A stretch of 64,000 nucleotides of DNA from the sequence record OR352955.1. The stretch is one strand, 5' to 3'. The notes beneath the pieces are model-generated. The model did not search any database and was not told where the DNA came from. It saw only the letters and a list, made by a program, of their open reading frames with translations. The position numbers and the translations under genes were made by a program. How positions within the stretch are numbered: position 1 is the first letter of the stretch; each line of letters begins with the position of its first letter. Shown piece by piece: positions 55,638-62,772 of the stretch. Source of the stretch: Escherichia phage AV125.

Positions 55638-55796
55638 TGTTTCCTAATCCTCCTCTCTTAAGTTATCCTCGAAAAAACTAGTGTCTGGAAGTAAAAGATC
55701 ATTACTTGTGTCGGGCCAATCCTCTTCTTCTCGGTAGATAAAGTAACCTTCGTCCTCTTCTTGTTCCGACCAAACCGAATGATGCATGTTCTCTCC

Positions 55797-56141
55797 TTAG
55801 TAGTGCACACGAATCATTTTAATACCATAACGCAGCATAGATTCTTTTGCAAGCATGAATTTATCCCCAGCGGCGGGATTAGAAGTATGCACGAAAATGG
55901 TGGGTGAACCAAAGCAAGGTTTACCAAACGCCAGAAGTTCTTCCAGGTACAGGAAAACATCATACCCATCTTGGTCTGACTCCATACCTAAATCATTGTC
56001 AAAAGACCACTCGGTTACTCTTCGATACAGTTTAGCAGGATCGTTGAGAAAGGCCATAGCTTCTTGTGACGTTTTAAACCAAATTGCATCCTCCTGTCCA
56101 TAGTCGGCTGGGTTCCGCATATCATCTATCCAAACTTTCAT
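55797..56141 (-). CDS. hypothetical protein
   Basis: 114-aa ORF. Confidence 0.5.
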   Translation of the reverse strand: MKVWIDDMRNPADYGQEDAIWFKTSQEAMAFLNDPAKLYRRVTEWSFDNDLGMESDQDGYDVFLYLEELLAFGKPCFGSPTIFVHTSNPAAGDKFMLAKESMLRYGIKMIRVHY

Positions 56142-56151
56142 ATAACCTCCT

Positions 56152-56622
56152 TTAAGCTGGCATGATTAAAAAAGAACTTTCCACTTCAAAATGCCAATCA
56201 TCAACAAGCCCTGATTCCCAATCCTTCTCTTCATGGAAAGAGCAAATCCAACGGTACATACCTGGCGGTGTATTCTCAACATCTTCTGGCAACCCATAAT
56301 CCAAAGCTGTCTTACCGTTCTCTGTAAAACTAGGATGGAGATTAGGAGCCTTCAGTACAGAAACCATACCTCCAACATCCACAGCTACGATCCACTCTGT
56401 CATGTATGGGCTGTCATATTGAGGCTCATCAGAACCTACCTCAACAGCCTCTGTGCGTAAGATGATAATAGCCTGCTCTGTGATTGGGGCTTTGACAATA
56501 TAACCGTGGTCCTCAAAAAGATCGATAACCTCGAACTCATCGCCGTTTTCGACACCATAACTCTTATTCAAAGAGATAAACTTCGGGTTATCATCGTAAG
56601 CTTTAGTTACTTTAATTCTCAT
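56152..56622 (-). CDS. hypothetical protein
   Basis: 156-aa ORF. Confidence 0.5.
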   Translation of the reverse strand: MRIKVTKAYDDNPKFISLNKSYGVENGDEFEVIDLFEDHGYIVKAPITEQAIIILRTEAVEVGSDEPQYDSPYMTEWIVAVDVGGMVSVLKAPNLHPSFTENGKTALDYGLPEDVENTPPGMYRWICSFHEEKDWESGLVDDWHFEVESSFLIMPA

Positions 56623-56843
56623 TTTTCCTCCTTCACTTTAACCTCAAATTCTACAGGATTACCCTCAATGTAAAAACACTGATACTCTGTCTTATCATCA
56701 TCATCACGAGGCCAAGTTACCAAGGAGTTATAGCAATCTTCTGGTGCTTTGAAGATGGTTTTAGTCTCCACAGTAACATTCCCATTAAGTGTTGCCAATA
56801 CCACCCACCCAGCTACAGGGATCATAGTGCCTCCACTTTCCAC
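56619..56843 (-). CDS. hypothetical protein
   Basis: 74-aa ORF. Confidence 0.45.
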   Translation of the reverse strand: MESGGTMIPVAGWVVLATLNGNVTVETKTIFKAPEDCYNSLVTWPRDDDDKTEYQCFYIEGNPVEFEVKVKEEK

Positions 56844-57004
56844 GTTTTACCATTATCAACCAAGGTTTTTGCTACAGCATACTCCTTCCCATTAATAATG
56901 AAATAATAAACTATAAAAGATTTTCCGATTGTTACTGTCTTAGTAACCTCTACACGTTTAACACCTTGCATGTATTTCGCCTTACCGGAATAAAGTAAAA
57001 TCAT
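56822..57004 (-). CDS. hypothetical protein
   Basis: 60-aa ORF. Confidence 0.4.
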   Translation of the reverse strand: MILLYSGKAKYMQGVKRVEVTKTVTIGKSFIVYYFIINGKEYAVAKTLVDNGKTWKVEAL

Positions 57005-57282
57005 TTTGCATTCCTCTTATTGTTGATAACATCCATAGTAGTATATGGTTTATTAGTGCCATGATATTCCAGAATCATTGGAGAGCCTTCTTGCACTACT
57101 TCAAAAATACCATAAACAGAACTTTCAGCAAATACCATTTGCTTCGTGCCTTCATCGTTTACAACGAGAGAAAACTTCTTGCCTGTCCCGTTGAGGATCT
57201 CGTATTTCTTGCCAGCAGTGAATAATCCAGAGTACCACTCGTTATCTGTTGCTTTTACACACTTCAGGAAAGTCTTGATCAT
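57001..57282 (-). CDS. hypothetical protein
   Basis: 93-aa ORF. Confidence 0.5.
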   Translation of the reverse strand: MIKTFLKCVKATDNEWYSGLFTAGKKYEILNGTGKKFSLVVNDEGTKQMVFAESSVYGIFEVVQEGSPMILEYHGTNKPYTTMDVINNKRNAK

Positions 57283-57632
57283 TTCTTTTTGCTCCTCTTT
57301 TTAGATTTCTCATACAAACCTAACACAGCCGCTTCTTTTGCACAAGTAGGAACCGAAGTCATTCCCCTTCTTTTTGCTTCTGGTAGTTGCAAAGTCCATA
57401 TTCCCCACCAATAAATTTGGTCTGCCGTGAGTGGTTCAGCCATTGGATCTGCCTCCTGCTCCTCAAGACGTTGCAACGCTTCTTCAATCTTCTCGATTGG
57501 TGTGTCAAAGACGAATGCCTCCGTATCAAATTTATCTTTCTTAGGAACTGATTTGGCTACTTTGAGAACCTCGTTTTTCGGTTTCTTAGTAACGTTCTTT
57601 GGCTTTGATAACTTCTTCGGTGTTTTCGCCAC
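57279..57632 (-). CDS. Lys-rich basic protein (possible nucleic-acid binding)
   Basis: N-terminal MAKTPKKLSKPKNVTKKPK and C-terminal KSKKRSKKK basic tails. Confidence 0.5.
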   Translation of the reverse strand: MAKTPKKLSKPKNVTKKPKNEVLKVAKSVPKKDKFDTEAFVFDTPIEKIEEALQRLEEQEADPMAEPLTADQIYWWGIWTLQLPEAKRRGMTSVPTCAKEAAVLGLYEKSKKRSKKK

Positions 57633-57825
57633 TTACTACCTCCATACGATCTAAAAAGTCATTCACAAATCTCCAGTAACGTTGACCTGTTCTAAGATCT
57701 TCATAGATAACCACAGGATCAAACACTTTAGATATTCCGGCAGGTTTTGGAAATTCCACTACCGTATATAAACCACCTTTTGCTACACAAGAATAGGTTA
57801 CGCCTGTAATTGGATAGTTGCTCAT
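57586..57825 (-). CDS. hypothetical protein
   Basis: 79-aa ORF. Confidence 0.45.
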   Translation of the reverse strand: MSNYPITGVTYSCVAKGGLYTVVEFPKPAGISKVFDPVVIYEDLRTGQRYWRFVNDFLDRMEVVSGENTEEVIKAKERY

Positions 57826-58016
57826 TTCTTTACGTACTCCATGATTGGGGTATGGTCGCCAGTAAGCGTAACACGGCTGTAGGACACATCTTGTGTCTTC
57901 AGTGTATCAATCCACGCTAAGAAGTGTTCTTTCGCTTCTGTGTAGTTCTGTGTGCCTTTAACAACGTGTATACCATCTAGAGTTACACGGAATACCATTT
58001 GAATAACGTCTTTCAT
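57822..58016 (-). CDS. hypothetical protein
   Basis: 64-aa ORF. Confidence 0.45.
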   Translation of the reverse strand: MKDVIQMVFRVTLDGIHVVKGTQNYTEAKEHFLAWIDTLKTQDVSYSRVTLTGDHTPIMEYVKK

Positions 58017-58112
58017 TTCTTACCTCCTTTGTTGTCAAAATAACTTACCAGAACATCGTGAACCACACACATGGCAAAAATCAGAACAATTGTTGTCAGG
58101 ACTGGATTCTCA

Positions 58113-58436
58113 CTAATTAGTGCTATCATCTTTAACCACCTCCAATTGCCTTTCGAGTTTGACTTTGTTTGAGAACTGATAATGACACAACTTACATTGC
58201 ATGTCAACAATCTGATCGTGATTTAACCCTACAATTTTAACTTCCTTTGCACCATCCCACTCCAAATACTCAAAGCCATCCAAATGATTACTCTTGTCCA
58301 ACAGGAATGCTATCTGCTGCCATTCAATCTGAATGTCATTTAAATGATATGCTGCACAGAAGATATCCTCATAGTAAAAGACGATCATTGTCATTGCTTC
58401 GTCCAGCACAACTACCTCTTGTCTTGTAAATCTCAT
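58113..58436 (-). CDS. hypothetical protein
   Basis: 107-aa ORF, first gene of minus-strand block. Confidence 0.5.
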   Translation of the reverse strand: MRFTRQEVVVLDEAMTMIVFYYEDIFCAAYHLNDIQIEWQQIAFLLDKSNHLDGFEYLEWDGAKEVKIVGLNHDQIVDMQCKLCHYQFSNKVKLERQLEVVKDDSTN

Positions 58437-58479
58437 TCTAGCCTCCTAAACGCGTCTCTGACGCACTTTTATATATAAG

Positions 58480-58910
58480 ATGATAAATCACCTTACCTAG
58501 TAAGTGAACTTGCTCTACGAGCCTCTTATGAAGCTTATGTTATAGGCTATACTATTGCTACCTGTTTAAGCAAGGTTTTTGCACACAGAAAATAATTTTT
58601 AATAAAACTCTTGACTTTTCTGTTCGAAGTATGCTACCCTAGAAATCTATTAACGAGCGCAGCGAGTTAAGGTTTTAGGTTGTTGATGTAGTACTCTGTA
58701 CTCAAGTACTGTACTCCGTACTAGATTAATAATTATTAAATATTAATAATAAATAATTATTAGATCTAACAAACAGGTACAGTGTATCAGAACTGGTACG
58801 TACAGATCAACTTCTATCAATTAAAAATAAAATAATAAATTATTATAAATAATACTTGATCTATAGATCAGTATGAAGTACAGTACGGAACATCTTAACA
58901 AGAATGGAGG
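58480..58910. other. AT-rich intergenic control region with GTACT repeats and palindromes
   Basis: Five GTACT copies in about 40 bp near 58690-58730, AT-only palindromic tract, perfect palindrome TGATCTATAGATCA near 58858-58871, TATAAATA (T4 late-promoter-like) near 58843. Confidence 0.5.
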
Positions 58911-58916
58911 TGTGCA

Positions 58917-59102
58917 ATGATTAGCGAGAATCCGTGCAAATGGCATCATGTACCTATTAAAGATTGTATGTCTTGTAATCCACGTTCTATTTATAACATT
59001 GCATCTTATGACGATGACAATGTGTTAGACGATGATGAAGGCTGGGAGGATTTAGATTGGACTGGTTATGAAACCAAAAAGGATAAAATTATTCCTAGTT
59101 GA
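58917..59102 (+). CDS. hypothetical protein
   Basis: 61 aa, RBS GGAGGTG. Confidence 0.5.
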   Translation: MISENPCKWHHVPIKDCMSCNPRSIYNIASYDDDNVLDDDEGWEDLDWTGYETKKDKIIPS

Positions 59103-59139
59103 CTTAAGATATCCTTCGTGCTAAACTAGAAGTGAGGAG

Positions 59140-59391
59140 ATGCCGATCACTCCCCATTTGGGGTTCGAAGGATATATGCAAAATAGTTTTTATTTTAGGT
59201 GCCGTGCTTGTAATAGGCATTTGACAAACCACTCCAGACGTGATAAAAATGGAGTCATCAAGGAATCAGACCTCTGTTCTATTTGCACAGGTTTGGCTTT
59301 TGATGATAGTCCCGAAAGGGTTTATCAGCATCAATGTATAACAGACGTTCTCGTGTCAAACTTGGTAGAGGACGAACAACTAACAGATTAG
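59140..59391 (+). CDS. Cys-rich hypothetical protein
   Basis: 83 aa, RBS GAGGAG; CRACNRH ... CSICTG. Confidence 0.45.
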   Translation: MPITPHLGFEGYMQNSFYFRCRACNRHLTNHSRRDKNGVIKESDLCSICTGLAFDDSPERVYQHQCITDVLVSNLVEDEQLTD

Positions 59392-59399
59392 GAGGAACA

Positions 59400-59648
59400 A
59401 TGTCTCTATTAGAAAAACACGTGTTTGAAGATGGTAACGGCAATGCAGTTTTTCTTTTCCATCCAGAAAAATACACATCTGAAAACAATGGTACAACTTC
59501 TATTGTAATCACTAAAGATGTTAAAGTTATTGATTTCTTGGCTCTGATGCGAGAGATGGATCTTGAAATTAACACTTTTAACGCAGAAGCTTTGGTTGTT
59601 GCTCTTCTGGAAAAGAAAGATAGTGAAGAAGTAGCAGAATATGCTTAA
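59400..59648 (+). CDS. hypothetical protein
   Basis: Start at ATG 59400 (RBS TAGGAGGAA); 82 aa. Confidence 0.5.
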   Translation: MSLLEKHVFEDGNGNAVFLFHPEKYTSENNGTTSIVITKDVKVIDFLALMREMDLEINTFNAEALVVALLEKKDSEEVAEYA

Positions 59649-59655
59649 ATAACTA

Positions 59656-59684
59656 TTGACAAACGTATCCTTCATATGTTAGGA
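59656..59684 (+). promoter_or_regulatory. sigma70-like promoter overlapping a 9-bp inverted repeat
   Basis: TTGACA 59656-59661; AACGTATCC ... GGATACGTT inverted repeat; TAGGAT -10-like. Confidence 0.45.
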
Positions 59685-59689
59685 TACGT

Positions 59690-59890
59690 TCATCAAGTGT
59701 GGTAACAGGGTCGTTGACTTTTGTTAAGAGGGGCTTGCACTGCGGTAGTGTTAGAGACTACTTCTTCAGAGGTTAGCTACCAAAGAGGAAAAGGAATAGT
59801 CTCGGCTCAAGAACTTTTACGCTGAAAGTTGGGCTTGGTCTTAGAGAATGTAGCGGTTCTCTACAATCGTCAGCGTCTCTGTTACCACAT
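59690..59890 (+). ncRNA. candidate structured small RNA at head of tRNA cluster
   Basis: GTGGTAACAG near 5' end pairs with CTGTTACCAC near 59881-59890, enclosing about 180 nt with internal helices; no ORF. Confidence 0.35.
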
Positions 59891-59894
59891 TTAT

Positions 59895-59966
59895 GGCCCT
59901 GTAGCTCAATGGGAGAGCTGTCGGCTCATAACCGATAGGTAGCTGGATCGAAACCAGCCAGGGCCA
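59895..59966 (+). tRNA. tRNA-Met (anticodon CAT; could also be Ile2 or initiator)
   Basis: Cloverleaf folded by hand: acceptor GGCCCTG/CAGGGCC, anticodon loop CTCATAA, T-loop ATCGAAA; CCA encoded. Confidence 0.8.
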
Positions 59967-59971
59967 CCAAA

Positions 59972-60043
59972 GTCTTTATGGTGTAATGGATAGCACAGGA
60001 GTCTTCTAAACTCTTAGTCAAGGTTCGATTCCTTGTAAAGACA
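59972..60043 (+). tRNA. tRNA-Arg (anticodon TCT)
   Basis: Acceptor GTCTTTA/TAAAGAC, anticodon loop CTTCTAA, T-arm CAAGG-TTCGATT-CCTTG; CCA encoded. Confidence 0.8.
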
Positions 60044-60242
60044 CCAGAACATTTTAACATGAATTAGCTCAAGTGATTTGAACCCACTACTGATCATGGT
60101 GGCAGAGAATGAGGCAAGTATGTCAGACATTATAAACAAAGGCCACGGTTATATTAGAAGACATAAATGCTCGAAGAGCACCGTTCGTGGAGAACGGGGG
60201 TTGGTGGAGTCACCATTCATGGTAAAATGTTTTAAAAAACTA

Positions 60243-60271
60243 TTGACAACAAACATTATTTTATGTTAGAT
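60243..60271 (+). promoter_or_regulatory. sigma70-like promoter within tRNA cluster
   Basis: TTGACA 60243-60248, 17-bp spacer, TTAGAT; 10 nt before tRNA-Ser. Confidence 0.55.
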
Positions 60272-60280
60272 TATAAGTAT

Positions 60281-60368
60281 GGAAGGGCAAATCGATGTGG
60301 CGACGAAAACGGTCTTGAAAACCGCCGAGCTTGAAAGAGCCTTGGGAGTTCGACTCTCCCTCCTTCCG
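60281..60368 (+). tRNA. tRNA-Ser (anticodon TGA), class II
   Basis: Acceptor GGAAGGG/TCCTTCC, anticodon loop CTTGAAA, long variable arm, T-arm GGGAG-TTCGACT-CTCCC; CCA encoded. Confidence 0.8.
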
Positions 60369-60376
60369 CCAGATTA

Positions 60377-60459
60377 GGTAGATTGGTGAAATGGTAGCCA
60401 CGACAGTTTGCTAAACTGTAGTCGGAAACGGCGTGTAGGTTCGAGTCCTACATCTACCG
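60377..60459 (+). tRNA. tRNA-Ser (anticodon GCT), class II
   Basis: Acceptor GGTAGAT/ATCTACC, anticodon stem ACAGT/ACTGT, loop TTGCTAA, variable arm with GAAA loop; CCA encoded. Confidence 0.8.
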
Positions 60460-60461
60460 CC

Positions 60462-60592
60462 AAGTTCTTTTTAATGTAGCTTACTTTAGCAGAGTAAATC
60501 TTCGGCAAGTGGCGGTAACCACTTTACCGATACCTCATAGTTAGTGGTGTGAACACTGGCTATTTTAAAAAGAATTTAAATATTAGTATTTA
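60462..60592 (+). ncRNA. candidate small RNA between tRNAs
   Basis: 131-nt spacer with no tRNA fold and no ORF; internal GTGG...CCAC complementarity; T4 carries small stable RNAs at the equivalent place. Confidence 0.3.
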
Positions 60593-60677
60593 GGTGAGTT
60601 AATTCCGTAGGGGTAGCGGGGCAGACTGTAAATCTGTTATCATTGCGATTCGGGTGGTTCGACTCCATCACTCACCA
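60593..60677 (+). tRNA. tRNA-Tyr (anticodon GTA), class II
   Basis: Closely parallels E. coli tRNA-Tyr: GCAGACTGTAAATCTG anticodon arm, long variable arm, acceptor GGTGAGT/ACTCACC; CCA encoded. Confidence 0.8.
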
Positions 60678-60686
60678 CCAAATTAA

Positions 60687-60769
60687 GATGAGTTGGCTGA
60701 ATGGTTTAAGCGGCGGACTGTTAATCCGTGTTCGAAAGAACAATATAGGTTCGAATCCTATACTCATCG
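60687..60769 (+). tRNA. class II-type tRNA with GTT (Asn) anticodon by loop geometry
   Basis: Perfect 7-bp acceptor GATGAGT/ACTCATC, T-arm ATAGG-TTCGAAT-CCTAT, 3-bp D-stem, 15-nt variable arm (GTTC-GAAA-GAAC), anticodon loop CTGTTAA closed by GCGGA/TCCGT. Confidence 0.5.
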
Positions 60770-60779
60770 CCAGAATTAT

Positions 60780-60856
60780 GGACTTGTAGAGTTAAGGTAA
60801 ACCCCCAGTCGCCAATAGGCTTCTGGAATTGCAGGTATCGAATCCTGCCGAGTCCC
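60780..60856 (+). pseudogene. tRNA-like element with aberrant anticodon arm
   Basis: 7-bp acceptor GGACTTG/CGAGTCC and T-arm GCAGG...TCGAAT...CCTGC present, but no canonical 5-bp/7-nt anticodon stem-loop and no CCA. Confidence 0.3.
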
Positions 60857-60862
60857 AGCATT

Positions 60863-60934
60863 GCTCCTATAGTATAATGGCTATTACAACGGTTTTGTAA
60901 TCCGTGGATCTCTGTTCGATTCAGTGTGGGAGCA
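60863..60934 (+). tRNA. tRNA-Thr (anticodon TGT)
   Basis: Acceptor GCTCCTA/TGGGAGC, anticodon loop TTTGTAA with a 4-bp stem, T-loop TTCGATT; CCA encoded. Confidence 0.65.
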
Positions 60935-60937
60935 CCA

Positions 60938-61200
60938 ACACAACATTAAGAGCACTGTGATTGATCGTCGTATCCTGTGCACAAGGTCTGCTCGAAAGAC
61001 AGTGTTCTTAGTATTGTGTTGATCACAAAAAGAGTCACCCGAAACTTGACCGGAGTAGGGTTGGATGGGGCAAAATGAGAAGCGGCTCTCCCATCGACAG
61101 CAACGAAGAATAATATTTGACTTTGGTTTTGTATTATTTTAAGTTAGCTTACCGAACGTAGGGCTAGTCACCCAACGGGATACTCGTCACTGTCCCAATC
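60938..61200 (+). ncRNA. candidate structured RNA or spacer within tRNA cluster
   Basis: About 260 nt without ORF or tRNA fold; CACTGTG ... ACAGTG and other inverted repeats. Confidence 0.25.
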
Positions 61201-61210
61201 AATAAAAGTC

Positions 61211-61240
61211 TTGACAACAAATAGTAAAATGTAGTATAGT
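61211..61240 (+). promoter_or_regulatory. sigma70-like promoter within tRNA cluster
   Basis: TTGACA 61211-61216, 18-bp spacer, TATAGT; 11 nt before tRNA-Gly. Confidence 0.55.
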
Positions 61241-61251
61241 AAATATATATG

Positions 61252-61322
61252 GCGTTCTTGGTGTAGCGGTAGCATTCCGTCCTTCCAAGTCGGCGGCACG
61301 AGTTCGATCCTCGTAGAACGCT
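61252..61322 (+). tRNA. tRNA-Gly (anticodon TCC)
   Basis: Acceptor GCGTTCT/AGAACGC, anticodon loop CTTCCAA, T-arm ACGAG-TTCGATC-CTCGT; CCA encoded; D-arm not cleanly resolved by hand. Confidence 0.65.
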
Positions 61323-61423
61323 CCAAATTATTTAATAAAGGGTTGCCAGAAAACTTTCTCTTTTACTCATGGTTTTCTCCTTCTCTCACACTTCTTCTGG
61401 TTGCCCTTCATTAAATGATTTAT

Positions 61424-61496
61424 TGGTTTGTAGTGTAGTCCGGTAGCACACGACACTTTGACTGTCGTAGGTTTGGTTCAAATCCAGACAGACCAG
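61424..61496 (+). tRNA. tRNA-Gln (anticodon TTG)
   Basis: U1-A72 acceptor TGGTTTG/CAGACCA, anticodon stem CGACA/TGTCG, loop CTTTGAC, T-loop TTCAAAT; CCA encoded. Confidence 0.8.
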
Positions 61497-61592
61497 CCAT
61501 ATAACAAAGGTGAGTCACTACCTTAAGTGTGAAGTTAAAAACGAGGAGCCGCCGAACACTTTCTTTTGCGGTGTACCTTTAGAATGTTATCA

Positions 61593-61666
61593 CGGGACGT
61601 AGCACAGCTTGGTAGTGCGCTCGCTTTGGGAGCGAGAGGTCGAGTGTTCGAATCACTCCGTCCCGA
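61593..61666 (+). tRNA. tRNA-Pro (anticodon TGG)
   Basis: C1-G72 acceptor CGGGACG/CGTCCCG as in E. coli tRNA-Pro, D-stem GCAC/GTGC, anticodon stem CTCGC/GCGAG, loop TTTGGGA; CCA encoded. Confidence 0.85.
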
Positions 61667-61675
61667 CCAATTAAA

Positions 61676-61746
61676 TGTTTCGTAGTTCAATGGTAGAACC
61701 CACGACTGATAATCGTGAGACACAAGTTCGATTCTTGTCGAAACAA
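61676..61746 (+). tRNA. tRNA-Ile (anticodon GAT)
   Basis: Acceptor TGTTTCG/CGAAACA, D-stem GTTC/GAAC, anticodon stem CACGA/TCGTG, loop CTGATAA; CCA encoded. Confidence 0.8.
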
Positions 61747-61751
61747 CCAGT

Positions 61752-61821
61752 TTCCCGTTAGACTTACAGGATAAGAGTTCCACAGCTTATTGTGATGCTG
61801 GTTCGAATCCAGCACGGGATA
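61752..61821 (+). pseudogene. tRNA-like element with non-canonical anticodon region
   Basis: Acceptor TTCCCGT/ACGGGAT (6 of 7 pairs) and perfect T-arm GCTGG-TTCGAAT-CCAGC, but the central region only forms ATAAG/CTTAT with a 10-nt loop; no CCA. Confidence 0.3.
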
Positions 61822-61827
61822 CATAAT

Positions 61828-61903
61828 AGCGGGATAGAGGAGTCTGGTCGTCCTCGCCAGTTTCATATGCTGGAGATCATCGGTTCAAATCCGATTCCCG
61901 CCT
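61828..61903 (+). tRNA. tRNA with CAT anticodon (Met or Ile2), A1-C72 acceptor mismatch
   Basis: Anticodon stem CCAGT/GCTGG, loop TTCATAT, T-arm ATCGG-TTCAAAT-CCGAT, acceptor AGCGGGA/TCCCGCC; CCA encoded. Confidence 0.65.
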
Positions 61904-62021
61904 CCAAATATCGCTTGCCAGCGGTATCTTTGAAGACCTTGCCTGGTTCCTTCTAAGATGGAGGGGTGCGACTCCTTAACGCACAATTATAATAAAGCAT
62001 TTCAACTTAACAGTATTTACT

Positions 62022-62044
62022 AGCCTCCTTATTGGAGGCTTTTT
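62022..62044 (+). terminator. rho-independent terminator ending tRNA cluster
   Basis: AGCCTCC-ttatt-GGAGGCT followed by TTTT. Confidence 0.75.
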
Positions 62045-62063
62045 GCTATCTATTGAATAAAAC

Positions 62064-62092
62064 TTGACTTATTATTTTTTATATGTTAAGAT
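62064..62092 (+). promoter_or_regulatory. sigma70-like promoter
   Basis: TTGACT 62064-62069, about 17-bp spacer, TAAGAT; upstream of 62114 gene. Confidence 0.5.
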
Positions 62093-62113
62093 AAAGTTTA
62101 GGAGGATTTTATT

Positions 62114-62410
62114 ATGCCTAAACTAAAACGTGGTCGTGGAAGACCAACAGCCGAAATGCAACAGATCTACGCAATGGATGCGGCGCAAGCAAGTGTAAAA
62201 GAATTATTTGCAGAGCATTATTTAGAAGCTATGCGATATATTGTTGAACTTGTTAATGATAAGGATGCAGCAAAACCTCTCCGCTTCCAAGCAGCTAAAG
62301 CTATTAAAGAGCAAGTAGAAGAATGGTTAGAAGAACATTATGAAGCTATGGAAGAAGAAACTCCTGCCGTGCAGAATACAGATGACGTTCCTAAAAAGAT
62401 CGTAATCTAA
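62114..62410 (+). CDS. small DNA-binding-like protein with AT-hook-like N-terminus
   Basis: MPKLKRGRGRPT (RGRP AT-hook-like), acidic helical remainder; RBS TAGGAGG. Confidence 0.55.
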   Translation: MPKLKRGRGRPTAEMQQIYAMDAAQASVKELFAEHYLEAMRYIVELVNDKDAAKPLRFQAAKAIKEQVEEWLEEHYEAMEEETPAVQNTDDVPKKIVI

Positions 62411-62460
62411 TCCCTCTCCTCTCTTGGGGCTTTGCCCCCTCCTCCTTGTTATTTTTAACA

Positions 62461-62492
62461 CCCCTCTCCGAAAGGTTAGGGGCTTTTTTATT
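62461..62492 (+). terminator. rho-independent terminator
   Basis: CCCCT...AGGGG stem followed by CTTTTTTATTTTT. Confidence 0.6.
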
Positions 62493-62500
62493 TTTAATGC

Positions 62501-62530
62501 TTGCAATTGTATATACTTTTGTGATAAGAT
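62501..62530 (+). promoter_or_regulatory. sigma70-like promoter
   Basis: TTGCAA 62501-62506, 18-bp spacer, TAAGAT 62525-62530. Confidence 0.5.
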
Positions 62531-62551
62531 CAGATATGAGGAGGATAAAAT

Positions 62552-62728
62552 ATGCGCAATTTTGTAGTTAAAAATGATTTTAACCGTTCTTCTTATCATA
62601 AAGATAAAAAGAATGATTACACACGGGCTTGGAACTTGGAGGAAGAACTTTATGATGACAGAGAAGACGTGGGAAGAGATCCTAGCGGAGGCTCAACCGA
62701 TGGAAGTGAAGAAGATAGTTAACAACGC
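62552..62728 (+). CDS. small hypothetical protein (58 aa)
   Basis: Strong RBS GAGGAGG 7 nt before ATG 62552; alternative overlapping ORF 62652..62789 considered less likely. Confidence 0.4.
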
Positions 62729-62772
62729 CCCTTCTCTTCCTAAAATAAAATTTTATGAGGAAGTAGAAGATA

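Noticed and set aside
58013-58210. 65-aa minus-strand ORF overlapping 58113..58436 by 98 nt
   Set aside because: Only a 38-aa hydrophobic tail (from Met at 58129) would avoid the overlap; too short and unsupported to call.
21689-58429. Track ORFs on the plus strand inside the minus-strand block (for example 21689..21916, 25659..25958, 36820..37242 inside rmlB, 38725..39003 inside nrdB, 40733..40915 and 41374..41565 inside nrdA, 43855..44306 inside the ThyX-like gene)
   Set aside because: They are antisense to genes with clear homology-type motifs and are best explained as chance open frames.
21157-58462. BsmBI/Esp3I-type sites (CGTCTC) as evidence of an engineered construct
   Set aside because: Only two copies, embedded in natural-looking sequence, one inside a coding region; nothing else suggests synthetic origin.
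60051-60130. Possible minus-strand tRNA suggested by a GGTTCAAATC-like T-loop
   Set aside because: No acceptor stem or anticodon arm could be built on either strand around it.
60078-60269. 63-aa ORF inside the tRNA cluster, and the minus-strand ORF 61535..61783
   Set aside because: Both overlap tRNA genes or the promoter feeding them and have no RBS.
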